A stretch of DNA of 63,644 nucleotides, filler included, from Octopus bimaculoides (lineage: Eukaryota): assembly GCF_001194135.2 (NCBI RefSeq). It is 6 parts of 6 records of this genome, joined end to end, with 100 filler letters (N's around TTAATTAATTAA, not from the genome) between each part and the next. Parts side by side here need not be neighbours in the genome. Positions count along the whole stretch, not along the records: positions 17,133 to 36,743 come from NC_068989.1; positions 36,844 to 39,764 come from NW_026330652.1; 4 more parts are not named here. The stretch is one strand, 5' to 3'. Below the pieces are notes generated by a model. It made no database searches and had not been told where the DNA came from. It saw nothing but the letters and a program-made list of their open reading frames with translations. Position numbers and translations under genes: made by a program. Of the stretch, positions 27,732-39,864 are shown piece by piece (the first letter of the stretch is position 1; the number at the start of each line of letters is the position of its first letter).

Positions 27732-27944
27732 AGGAAATGTATTTCATTCAATGTTTTCTACAGATTAAAATTAGTTTCTATTAATCTGTGTTATGTACTT
27801 TTCTACATTCTCTCAAATACCTTTTACCTTGTACTTGTTTCAGTCTTTGGATGTACTCATGCTGGAGCACTGCATCGAAGGGTTATAGTCAAGCAAATTG
27901 ACTCCAGTACTTCTATTTTTATATCTGGTACTTCTTCTACCAGT

Positions 27945-28185
27945 CTCTTCTTATTTCTTTATTGCCCACAAGGGGCTAAACATAGAGGGTACTAACAAGG
28001 ACAAACAAACAGATTAAGTCAATTACATTGACCTCAGTGCATAACTGGTACTTAATTTATCAACCCCGAAAGGATGAAAGGCAAAGTCGACCACGGCGGA
28101 ATTTGAACTCAGAACGTAGCGGCAGACGAAATACCGCTAAGCATTTTGCCCGGCGTGCTAACGTTACTGACAGCTTACCGCCAGT
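27945..28185 (-). mobile_element. Second tRNA-derived SINE family; other copies at about 30145-30335(+), 31765-31965(-), 16700-16830(+)
   Basis: Head ...GTTAGCACGCCGGGC...GTTCTGAGTTCAAATTCCGCC, core GACTTTGCCTTTCATCCTTTCGGGG, tail CCCCTTGTGGGCAATAAAGAAATAAG, repeated in the window. Confidence 0.85.
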
Positions 28186-29233
28186 CTCTTCTGCCAAACT
28201 GATAAGTTGCAGGAATGTAAACAAACCAACACTGATCGTCAAACAATACAAGGTGTGCAGACACAAACACAAAGACATACGCATAGACACATGCATTAGG
28301 AAGGGCATCCACCTGTAGAAACCATTTCAAAGAAGACAGTAGATCATTGTGCAGTCTTTGGGCTTGGTATCTTCTGTCAAACTCAGATGGATGTTAAATG
28401 ATGATTATGAAACTACGGGCTTCTGCAGTTCCTGTCAACCAAATTCACTCACAAAGCATTGGTTGGCCCAGGGCTACAATCAAAGACACTTGCCCAAAGT
28501 GCCACACAGTGGACTGCACTCAAAACCATATGGTTCCAAACTGCGGTTTTTAAACACAGCCATAAATATACTTATCCAGCTTTTTTCTTCATTTTGTCAT
28601 TTCTGCAGTCTTTACCTTTAATTCTTTCAAAATTAAATAATTCAGAGATGTTAGCTACACAAGAAAATCAATACATCTTATTTAAACCACACTACAACTT
28701 CAGCAGGTATGATGAAGGATGTGTTTAGTTGATGAGGTCAGAATAATACCAAAACAAATTCAGAGTTATCTTTCACAGAAAATACAAATTCAGAGTTATC
28801 TCTCACAGAAAAAATGAAAACATTGTTACTCATTGACTAATATAATTTTCTTTTTCTCCTCATTTATTTCTAGCTAGCTTTTTAATATTCCACACATTAG
28901 ATATATTAACACTGACTCACAGTCCTAATGCTTCAAATAATTTTTTTAAAGAATTCATTTAATGATTTAATGTCTAACACATTTCTGGTGGCTTTTCATC
29001 TAATTACTTAGCATCGTTTTTGAAGAATATACTTATCTCTGAAGGAGTTACTTACTTCCTGTTCAATTTTGAGCTTTCAGACCTCTTGACATTTACTTAT
29101 TTAATTGGTTGTTGATTCCAGCATGATTTGATTGTAGGATGTAGTGAATTGCAATAAAACTTCTACTAGAGCATCAGGCTGACTGAAGCCTTGTGCATGG
29201 GTTTGGTAGATGGAAACTGAAAGAAGCCTGTTG

Positions 29234-29267
<34 letters not shown>

Positions 29268-29440
29268 CTTACATCCCCATAACTTACCAGTTTGGCAAAA
29301 GAGAATGATAGAAGAAATACCAGACTTCAAAAAAGGATGAGTACTGGAGCTGATTCATCCGACTAAAAGATTCTTTAAGGCAGTGCTCCAGCATGGCTGA
29401 AGTCTAATGATTGAAACAAGTAAAACACACACATACACAC

Positions 29441-29472
<32 letters not shown>

Positions 29473-29771
29473 CAAAAGGATGTTATAATACTATTTCACA
29501 GCCATACCAACAATCCAGCATACTTCCATCATCAGCTGCCCCACGAATATCATTGTGGTTTTGACACCTGGACAGTACCATTCAATCCGGCAGTGTCAAC
29601 AGCACTAAAATAGGTGTTGTTTGGGAACAAACAAACCAAAGAAACCACAACTTTCAAACACATTTACCCTATGCACAACCGTATCGGTAAATAAATATAT
29701 GTATCGTTTGTAGAAAATATAAATCTGGAGAAGAAGCACGCTCTAAGATGTAGAGGAGTATATATTTTTTA

Positions 29772-29941
29772 CTGGGGAAGGCTAGTTTATGGGATTACCC
29801 TGGGTTTCCCGTCCATAAAGGGTTTAACTTTATGGTGTATCGTCAGACCCCAAAACCTGTTAGTCTTAGGCAATATGCCATAAAGGTAAACCCTTTATGG
29901 ATGGTAAGCCCAGGATAATCCCATAAACCAGCTTTCCCCAG
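29772..29941. mobile_element. Palindromic MITE with long TIRs and TA flanks (Tc1/mariner-like)
   Basis: Imperfect inverted arms of roughly 60 bp (CTGGGGAA.GCT.GTTTATGGGATTA...) with TA on both sides. Confidence 0.75.
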
Positions 29942-30940
29942 TAAAAAAAGAAAAATATATATATATATACACAATGGGCTTCTTTCAGTTTTTGCCTATC
30001 ACTTACAAGGCCTATAGTTTGAAGGCAAATCCCTAAGATGTCATGCAGTGGAACTGAACCCAAGAACACAAAGCTGGGAAGTAAGCTTCATAACTACAGA
30101 ACCAAATTCGATGACTGGCATCTGTGCCAGTGGAGTGCTAAGAGCTTAGTGGTAGTTCGTCTGCCATTATGTTCTGAGTTCAAATTCCGCCAAGGTCGTC
30201 TTTGCCTTTCATCCTTTCGGGGTTGATAAATTAAGTACCAGTTACGCACTAGGGTCGATGTAATCGACTTAATCCCTTTGTCTGTCCTTGTTTGTCCCCT
30301 CTATGTTTAGCCCCTTGTGGGCAATAAGAACATAAAGACAGACAAAATGCTGCTAAGCATTTTTCACAGTGTACTAATAATAATAATAATAATAAGAGCA
30401 CTCAGAGAGCGCAATCCTCCGCCAAGGCAACACCAATGTCCTCTCAATGATTAGCCGGAGATGATTTTTAAAATGAGAATATCTGAAATAAACTCGACTC
30501 CTCTCACAAATGGGAACATTAAAAATGAACCCGACCGCTCTCAGAAATTAAGTTAAAAAACAGGGAAAAAAATCCAGAATCCTTGTCTGGTACCAGATCG
30601 ATCCCAAAATCTAATCAGTTTGTGTCAGTCACGAGGCCAAACATCCCTGAAAGTTTCATCCGAATCCATCTAGCAGTTCTTGAGGTATCTTGTCCACAGA
30701 CAAACGTGACTGAAAACTATACCTCTGCCTTTGCTAAGGCAGAGGTAATAAAAGCTTTAATTGAAATACATAACGTTGCAATGAAATACACAAGCCAAAA
30801 TAATGATAAGATCTTTATTTACATATATATATATTTACAGTTGGTACTCTATCATGAAATATCTCTCAAATATTACTGAGTGTGAAACACATAGAATGTT
30901 TATGAAATTAATGATCTGCAGAGAAAAATCATGAAATTCT

Positions 30941-31161
30941 TTAACCCTTTAGCATTCAGATTACTTTGTCAGATATAATTGCATATTTATTTACATCGCT
31001 TTGAATTAATTATGCATTAACTCCTAGCTTTGAAATTTTATTTGTTTATTTTTAGAATGACATTGTAGGGCAGGTGTAAGAAGCTAGATCCGATAAGTCT
31101 GAACATAAAACAGGTTGAAAATGTGGGTCAAATATGACAAGTTTAAATGCTAAAGGGTTAA
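30941..31161. mobile_element. TTAA-flanked piggyBac-like MITE (second family)
   Basis: TTAACCCTTTAGCA...TGCTAAAGGGTTAA termini. Related copies at about 40922-41135 and 50900-51060. Confidence 0.75.
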
Positions 31162-31213
31162 AGTGTAACAAAATAATAAAAAAACCCAGCTGACTGGCTG
31201 AAAGAAATGAGGT

Positions 31214-31269
<56 letters not shown>

Positions 31270-32476
31270 CACACAATAATCTCTCTCACTCATACATATA
31301 AAGTAAAACATATATATGTATATATATATATATATATACATACACAATATCTCTCTCATCTATACATAAAGTAGAAGTAAATATACATATCTGTCTCATC
31401 TATACACATATATAAAGGGTAAAAAAATGGATAAAGCACCTTTTTTTAGTCATATTGACTCATAGGGCTGTTTTCCTGGATTCTCTGGTGTATATATCCC
31501 TCCTGGACGGTATGCTGGACCATCACAGAAATATTCACTTTTACCAGCTGTTGTAGATTGGAGCAACATGAAATGAAGAGTCTTGCTCAAGAACACAATA
31601 CATTGCCTGGTGTAGGGATCTTACAATCATGAGTTTAACACCCTAACCACTAACTCAAGTGCCTCCACATATACATATATAAAGCCAAAGTAAATAGATT
31701 TTTATCGGTTTCAAGGCTGAGTACTATAGCTGCTCAATCAACTGAACTGCCTGCTCATTGACTTATATTTTTGTTATTTCTTTACTGCCCACATGGGGCT
31801 ACACACAAAGGGGACAGACAAATGGATTAAGTCGATTACATCGACCCCAGTGTGTAACTGGTACTTATTTAATGGACCCCGGCGGAATTTGAACTCAGAA
31901 CGTAGCAGCAGACGAAATACTGCTAGGCATTTCGCCCGGCGTGCTAATGTTTCTGCCAGCTCACCACCTTTGACTTATATGTTTGTGGTTGAGTATTCCA
32001 CAAACATATCTTGTACCCTTATTATATTATAATCCTCAAGCAGAATCAGTGTGAGTCCATCCAGTGAGCTTCCACATAGTTTTGTCTACCTAATTTCTCT
32101 AACCAAGGTAAGAGTTGACTTTGGGGATATAACAAACGATACATAATAAAATGCCATGCAGTGGGATTGAACCTGGGATTTCATGATTGCAAAATCAAGC
32201 TTCTTAATCATTCAGCCATGCCTGTATCTATATATGTCATTTCAGTGCCATGTTTGGGTCATTGTATAATAATGACCCTTTCTATTCATAATTTGATTCT
32301 CCACCACAAAGGTGTCTTAACCAACAGAGTTAAATACATCATTGTGTTAATGACAAAATACAAACTCAATCAAGACTTTTCAGTTGTGAGGTTTGATACC
32401 TACTCGACACAACTTATTGTCTTAAACCTATATTTTATATCGGTATATTTCATGATATGTATGTTCATCACTATAG

Positions 32477-32600
32477 ATGGCTAGTCGTCTATTGTTATGG
32501 CTGCTACAGCATGGCCATACTCGAGTAGGTCGTCCAAACGCGAAATATGTAGATTGACCAAGATGGAGGGCATTCATGGGTTAGAACTGTCCAAGCAAGC
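32477..32600 (+). mobile_element. RTE-type LINE ORF C-terminal fragment
   Basis: ASRLLLWLLQHGHTRVGRPNAKYVD resembles the S.L.LW.P.HG....GRP...Y.D motif at RTE C-termini. Confidence 0.5.
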
Positions 32601-34459
32601 TCAACCAGATTATTACTACACAATGTTTTTAATACTTTATGGAGGTGTTCATGAAGATTCATATATCATTAACTACTTTTAGTACCAAACTGCTTGAACT
32701 TTCCCTGGTTTTATAATATAAATTTCCTGTTTTAAAGTGATCTAAGTTGAAATCTTTCATTAAATTTTCATGAAAATATATACTCCAATCACCAACTTAA
32801 TGATAAAATTATTTTCTGAAAATTTTCATTATTTTCAATATTAATTAAACAAAGTGTATTTAAACAAAAATATGGTAACAAAAGGGTTAAGGTGATATAA
32901 ATTAAAACCTTCCATCAAAATCTCACATTACTTTATGTTCTAAACACTAGCTTAATAATGACAAGGTTATTCTATTAAATTCTTCAGTTTTTTCAACATT
33001 AATTCAAACAAAGGCAGTGTATTTCCATATAAATATGGTAACAAAACGGTTAATAATAAAGACTAGGTAGATATTTGGATCCATTTGTGCTTCATTCCTG
33101 AGTATCAATTTTCCTCCACCTGGAGGTTTTCTTTAACTATATATAGTTAGACACTGTAGCAATATATTCAGACAGTGAACAATTTTAAGCATAATGAGAG
33201 AGTGATGCCTACTATCTCCAGCCTCTAATCAGTTTTGTATATCCTTTTCTGATTCGCAAGGTAACAGTGGTTAGCTCCAGTTTCCATAGCAGTGGATCAG
33301 AGATAAGTTTCTCCCTGAATAGTACAGTGGTCTTAGGTAGATATATATATTTTCCCACAGGAAGAACTGAACCTGAAATTGTAATCCCATTACTCATCAA
33401 TTTTCAACAATACTTGAGTTAGCTGGACATACACATTGGACAATAATTGAACACCGAATTTCTCCTTCACAGTTGCCTGGAACACCATTCACTTAGTCAT
33501 CTGTTCTCTTTCTTTTCATACACACACACACACGTGTGTGTGTATTAGCTGAAGTTATGTGTAGATAATTTCTTTGGTGTGATGTATATACATGCATTCA
33601 TTTTTTTTCTGACTTCAGCTTTATCATAGCTTTTTTTAAAATTTTAATTCACAGAATAACAATAATCCGTTTTGAAACAATTCCTGATATCATTTCTAGT
33701 TTTGCATAATGACTTTTTTTTTTTAAATGAACCTTTATAAAGCTTTAAATAGCTAATTAGCACCAACGTTGACAGTTTGCTTTTAAATTTTAACAAAAAT
33801 TTTAAATTTATAACACTGAAGATCACTAGCAAGGGGACTTAACCAATGTATTTTTATGTCTGCACAAACACATAAATAATTTCTTTTCTTTTGAGAAAAT
33901 GCATGAAGCATCATGAATTTGAAATATGAATACAAGAAGCAATTCCTTTTAGTCTATATATATGTCAGTTATTCATTATAAAGCCATTTTTGTTATTGTT
34001 TGCTTCATAACCTTGATCAGCAAATATTGCTTAGAGTAATGAAATTAAAGTCAAACATTTAAAAAATTTTAGTTAATATCCCTTAAATGATACATTATCA
34101 ATCTTGGTACCAACATTTCAGTTTATATTCTGTAAACTGAGGGGAAATCATGTCAAAATTTTGGAAAACCGGATTAAAATATGCAACATTTCACTCATTT
34201 CAGTGTTCACAATAGTGCATAACCAAAGCTCAGAGTCTGTAATATTTACAACCAACTTATAGTTTCCAAGCAAGTTTTATGGTTTTCACTATAAATAATA
34301 TTCTCAAGTACTTAATGCCTTTTGTGTCATGAATTCTAAATAATCGAATTCTGAATCACGCAGAGCTATCTTTGATAGTAGATACTTAGTATATTTTTCT
34401 TGTTATGTTCTTGTGTTGAAAAGTTAATGGAAAAGTTAGTGTGGAAAGCTGAGTTATAA

Positions 34460-35293
34460 TTATTCATGTTTTAATTTAAATGTTGAGTTGATGATCATAT
34501 GTTTTGCTCGGCGCAACATCTTTCGCAATTTTGTGATTTTATTCCGACAGTTATTTGTTTCACGGCAATTTGAGAAACACTGGAGTTGTTTAAGAATACC
34601 GACAACATCAGAAGAACAGTCATGGTGTTTGTTATTTTGGTTGCAAGAGATAGAAAATTGTGATTCACCATCTTGAAAGTCATCAGCCACTTGTCGGTAT
34701 GCAGAAACAGCAAGCTTGTATAAATATTTCCCTGCAAGGAGATAGTCCTGCATGACAGTCATGAAAGTAGTGTATTCACTATGGTTGATGTAGGAATTTT
34801 TATTTTTATCAACTAACTCAAATGTACATATTGCTCTTTGAAGAAACTGAATGAATTCAGAAAGACGCTGTTTGGCCCACTGCAAGCGAGCTTTTTGTCG
34901 ACCATGATGATGGGCGTCACTTTCAATCTGTTTAATCAAACGTTCTCCAAGAGAAGCAATCACACAACCAACAACAGTTTTCAAAGAAACATCATTGGTG
35001 ACTACTGGTGTAGGTAGAATTTGAAACCAGTTATTACGAGTAGGTTTTAATTTTCCAGGAAAGAAATTATTCTCATTTCCTTCAATTATTCTCAAGTAAT
35101 GGGTGTCAGGGTCGATTTTTGGTTGTGCTTTGTTTGAGACAAGAGACGTGAGTATTGTGGTCAACAGACCTGATGTTTTCTTTGCAGTTTCTTCTACCGT
35201 TTTCCCTGAATCTTTAGAACGATCATGAGGGTTATATGCCTCACACCTGAGAAAACCAAGCAGGTAGAACAGAAGTATTACTCCAATATTCAT
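34460..35293 (-). CDS. Uncharacterised 277-aa secreted protein with one EF-hand-like loop; coding region is a single exon
   Basis: By far the longest gap-free ORF in the window (834 nt), in AT-rich DNA where other gap-free frames in the track are under about 150 aa. Hydrophobic N-terminus MNIGVILLFYLLGFLRCEA is signal-peptide-like. Strong acceptor (ttttctattttcag) 7 nt before the ATG. FELVDKNKNSYINHSEY resembles an EF-hand loop. No repeat content. Confidence 0.85.
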   Translation of the reverse strand: MNIGVILLFYLLGFLRCEAYNPHDRSKDSGKTVEETAKKTSGLLTTILTSLVSNKAQPKIDPDTHYLRIIEGNENNFFPGKLKPTRNNWFQILPTPVVTNDVSLKTVVGCVIASLGERLIKQIESDAHHHGRQKARLQWAKQRLSEFIQFLQRAICTFELVDKNKNSYINHSEYTTFMTVMQDYLLAGKYLYKLAVSAYRQVADDFQDGESQFSISCNQNNKHHDCSSDVVGILKQLQCFSNCRETNNCRNKITKLRKMLRRAKHMIINSTFKLKHE

Positions 35294-38200
35294 ATTGATT
35301 CTGAAAATAGAAAATAAAATTATAAGTTAGTCTTAACTAAAGGAGAATTTGACAGCTTTGAGCTAGCCAAATATGATGACAATAATAATGATTATGATGA
35401 CAATGACTAGTAAAATTAAAGGAACACGAAGTTTTCATCTACCTGTCAGCTATTTCCAATCAGTAGATGACAATAAAACCATAACAGTGGTACACCACCC
35501 TGGTGGCTTACCACAACCAGAATCACGAATTTTACATTCTGTATGGCAATTCTCTTGACCAAGATGTAAACTATACAGTTGATCTGAAAGAAGATGCAGT
35601 TGAAATATTGTACTCCCGTAACGTAGCATCTTTATAAGTTTATAGTTTCATACTTTATTTTAATATACTCTCGCAATATTGTATATATATGCACAGAATA
35701 AAATCTCCAACTCATACAAAAAGAAAAAAAAAGAAGACTAAATATTTTCTCCACAACTGTAAAAGCGGGTACGTCTTATGCAAGCGTGAGCTTATATACG
35801 TTTGTAAATGAGATAGCTAGTAGAACCATACACAGCTGCCGAGGATAAAACAGACAAGTAAGTTCGTTCATAACGACTTCATACATTAACACGATCACAA
35901 TTTAGTGTAGGGGAAATTAACTCCCCAGGCGTACTAGATGTTAAGAGCGTGTCTCTTTTTCTCATAGAAAGATCTATGACAATCTTGTCGATTTTCTTTT
36001 TTTTTTTTTCGCTCTCAAGAGTAATTATTAACTTTTAAGAAAGCTTAATTACTAAACATTTTTTAAAAATCGCTATGTAACCCCTGTAGATCATGATTTA
36101 AAGGTAATTAAGCAGACAATTTTAATAACGATTATTAGCAAGGGTTTACAGGTTGAGTTATTTCCCTTTATATAGAAAAATCTGGGCAGCACAAAGAAAA
36201 ATATTGGCGAGCTGGCAGAATGTTAACCGATTATGAAAATAAAGAAAAGAAAGTACTCGATCGATTACACTGTCTTAGAGAATATTAGTACTTTCATCTA
36301 AAAAATCTTTAACACAACTCAAAAGGATAGAGGGTTATCACGAGAAAATTGAATAAGTTTTTCTTTATTTGCATTATATATATATATATAAATATATATT
36401 TCGGGAATAAATGATGAATTTTTCCCTTATGAGGTTTTTTTCACGCTAGCTACTTGATAAATTCTTGTAAAAGAATTCGTCCTATTATTGAATTTAAATA
36501 TATTACCAGAATATATTCAGTGCTGAATTTATTCTAAGTAAGAGGCATATTTACCGAGATGCAATTCGAAATTCCCGCCACTTACATAGGGAAATAGCGA
36601 TGAACAGTCGTCTATATGCTATGCTGGATACATGGTGTTCGTTTGGTATGTTGATTCACTGTTTATTTCTATTTTTCTGGACCATATTATACTGACGAGT
36701 AGAAGTTGTATAATGCTACAATAACTACGAAATCATGATCTATNNNNNNNNNNNNNNNNNNNNNNNNNNNNNNNNNNNNNNNNNNNNTTAATTAATTAAN
36801 NNNNNNNNNNNNNNNNNNNNNNNNNNNNNNNNNNNNNNNNNNNCACACACACGTACACGCACACACACATGAATACGCGCATGTGTGTGCGCGTGCGCTG
36901 TCTATGTGAATGCGTGTGTGTGTGTGTGTGTGTGCGTGCGTGTGTAAAGCGCTTAAGTTAATAATCATTACAATGCAAGTTGGAATTAAAGGAATGCAAA
37001 CAAAATCAAAGCAAAGTAAAAGTTCACACTTTATAATTTAACTTAACTCTGATCTGCTTATAGATACTGACGATAAGTGAGATAAGGCATAGATACGTAG
37101 ATAATTATATATATATATATATATATAGGGATATATATATATATATANNNNNNNNNNNNNNNNNNNNNNNNNNNNNNNNNNNNNNNNNNNNNNNNNNNNN
37201 NNNNNNNNNNNNNNNNNNNNNNNNNNNNNNNNNNNNNNNNNNNNNNNNNNNNNNNNNNNNNNNNNNNNNNNNNNNNNNNATATAGGGAGAGAGATATAGC
37301 AATATATCACGGACTATTGGATGCTCCCAACGCACCACCTCACTCTATTGTAGCTTTCAAATGACGCCACCACGCTGGATAGTCAGGCAGACTAACATTT
37401 TCCCTGAATGGAGCGCCAGTCCATCGCATGGTTACCCATTTACAGCTGAATCGACTGGAGCAATAGAAATTAAATTTTTGCGCAAGAACACAACACCGGT
37501 CTTGGAATCGAAACAACGATCTGCTGCGCAGAACTCTGAACGCCTGAAGTTCGCTTCCCAACCACATGGTTCTGGGTTCAGTCCCACTGTGCGGCATCTA
37601 GAGGAGGTCTTTTCTACTAGAGCCCTGAGCCGACCAAATACTTGTGAATGGATTTAGTCCATCCGACAGTCTTCTATACAGTTATTGATGCGATCAAGCT
37701 TCTTTCGTAAGGTATGGGTCGAACTGAGATGATCAAAACTTATTCTTTCGCTAGATGTCTTGAGACTTCATAATTGCGAGACGAATTTCCTAACCATTTC
37801 GCTATACTATATGCTATCTCCTTAAATGTAGGAGACAGTTTTGACCCCTTATCTTTTATCTTTTACTTGTTACAGTCATTAGATTGCGGCCATACTGGGG
37901 CACCACCTTGGAGAAGTTTTAATCGAATGAATCGACCCAGTACTTATTATTTTAAGCCTGGTACTTATACTATCGGTCTCTTTTTCTCGAACCGCTATGA
38001 TACGGGGACGTAAAGACACCAGCGTCGGTTTTCAAGTGGTGATGGTAGACAAGCACAGACACAAAGACGCACACACATAGATACATACATACATAACACT
38101 CAGTTATGTCCAAATAAGCCTCTTATATGATAGAAACATCCAAATAGCTGTAGCTAAAGCGCTCATTGATCATATGAATAAACAATTCTAACACATACAC

Positions 38201-39864
38201 AATGCCACACAGTTTGTGCGAGTAAATGATGCAGTAACTTACACCAAATGGAATTTGTAATGATCTAAAGAGTATCAGAGCTTCAGCGTTGATGTAGAAA
38301 GAAAAACAAAAACATGCTTTGTGGGAAATCACGAGATGCTGGGTCGAGACGAGAAATTCTTTCTTCGCAAGACAAAGTGATTCAAGATGTGAGATTTCAA
38401 CAGCTTCATGAATTTGCAGAGAAATATGTCTTTCTTATACTATCGAATCTTTTGGATGATAAATATGAATGTCAACCAGATAGCCATCACGATGACATTG
38501 ATAAAACTAACCTCCTCGTAGTTTTACGGAGCAATTAATTACTTTAGTGATTTATTACACCGAAACAGAAACACAGAAGGAAGACATCTCTGAACTACAG
38601 ATTATTCAAAACTATATCCATTGAAACTGGTTCTTAATATTGTATTATTTCTGCAGATCTTCCGCACTATTGCTTGGTTTCGACCACGATAACATGATAA
38701 AAACAAAGCTTCTCGTTGAGAGGAAAGGACTTCAGGGGTTTATTGCTCGTTACTGCTATTCAAGACGAAACAGAGACATGGAAGAAAGGCTTCTTGGAAC
38801 TGAACTTCGGCAGTTTATTCGGAAGTATAATCATGAGGATCGATTTCAGCTATTGTAATACTTCAGCAGATTTTCTCCACAATTATTCTCATATGATCAA
38901 TGGGTGCTTTATCTGTAGCTATTTAAATAAAGATTTAAGCCAGTATTCTACTAGCAGTGGGGAAAAGGGTGGAGGTATTTTTTGTGCCAACGCTTATAAA
39001 GAATTATCAAACATCTACTAGCAACACTCTTCAGTTAAAAATTCATGCTGTACTCTCTGAAGAATGACAACCGGGAGAGACGCAGAAGATTGAAATGGTA
39101 TCATGGCAGATTCTGTGGACAAAAAACTATACTTTTGTAAAATTTTGTAGAGTTTTTTACTTTGAGGAGATAAACACAATGTCCTAATTGTTCTCACATT
39201 TATTTTTCCATACATCATTTTCACATTTTGTCTTGAGAATGTTTGTTGCGTATTAAAATGCCTTTGAGTGTGCGTGGGGGAGGGGAAGAGGAGGAGCCAT
39301 ATCAAAGATGCCTTTGGTAGCATAAACTCTAGGTACGACATTGTGTACATATGCATGCGTAAGTTTGTTTTTACTTTGAGTTTCCTTTAAGTTCTTAAGA
39401 GAGTTCAAGACAGTTACTAACAAAGACACAAGACTTTTTGTAAATATGTGGCTGAGTTGGTGTATTGGTTGAGCTATCAATACACACACCCAAGTAAGTG
39501 CATCTATTCATCTGAGGAATCTTAGATGGAGAATCTTTAGAACGTCTTAAAAATCTTCACGGTGAATTCGCGTCAGTTTCTTTTGTTCTTTCTTCGAAAA
39601 ACCAAGTATTTCTAGTTTTTTTCGTAAATTGCTGGGTACATAGCCTAATGCACTGTTGATGATAGGTACAACTGAGAATTTATAGTCTGGGTACAAGAGC
39701 TATAAGTTTCGTATTAATTTACCATAAATGTTCTCTTTTTCCTGGACTTTTATGGTACATTCACNNNNNNNNNNNNNNNNNNNNNNNNNNNNNNNNNNNN
39801 NNNNNNNNTTAATTAATTAANNNNNNNNNNNNNNNNNNNNNNNNNNNNNNNNNNNNNNNNNNNN

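Noticed and set aside
27364-27784. Two similar ORFs (MRKFRTWVLIPK / MGKFRTWVLIPK) as duplicated genes
   Set aside because: They are read-throughs of the two arms of the inverted Penelope-like repeat.
28755-28812. 30-bp tandem duplication (also short duplications at about 31270-31420 and 49586-49676)
   Set aside because: These are ordinary local slippage events with no sign of function.
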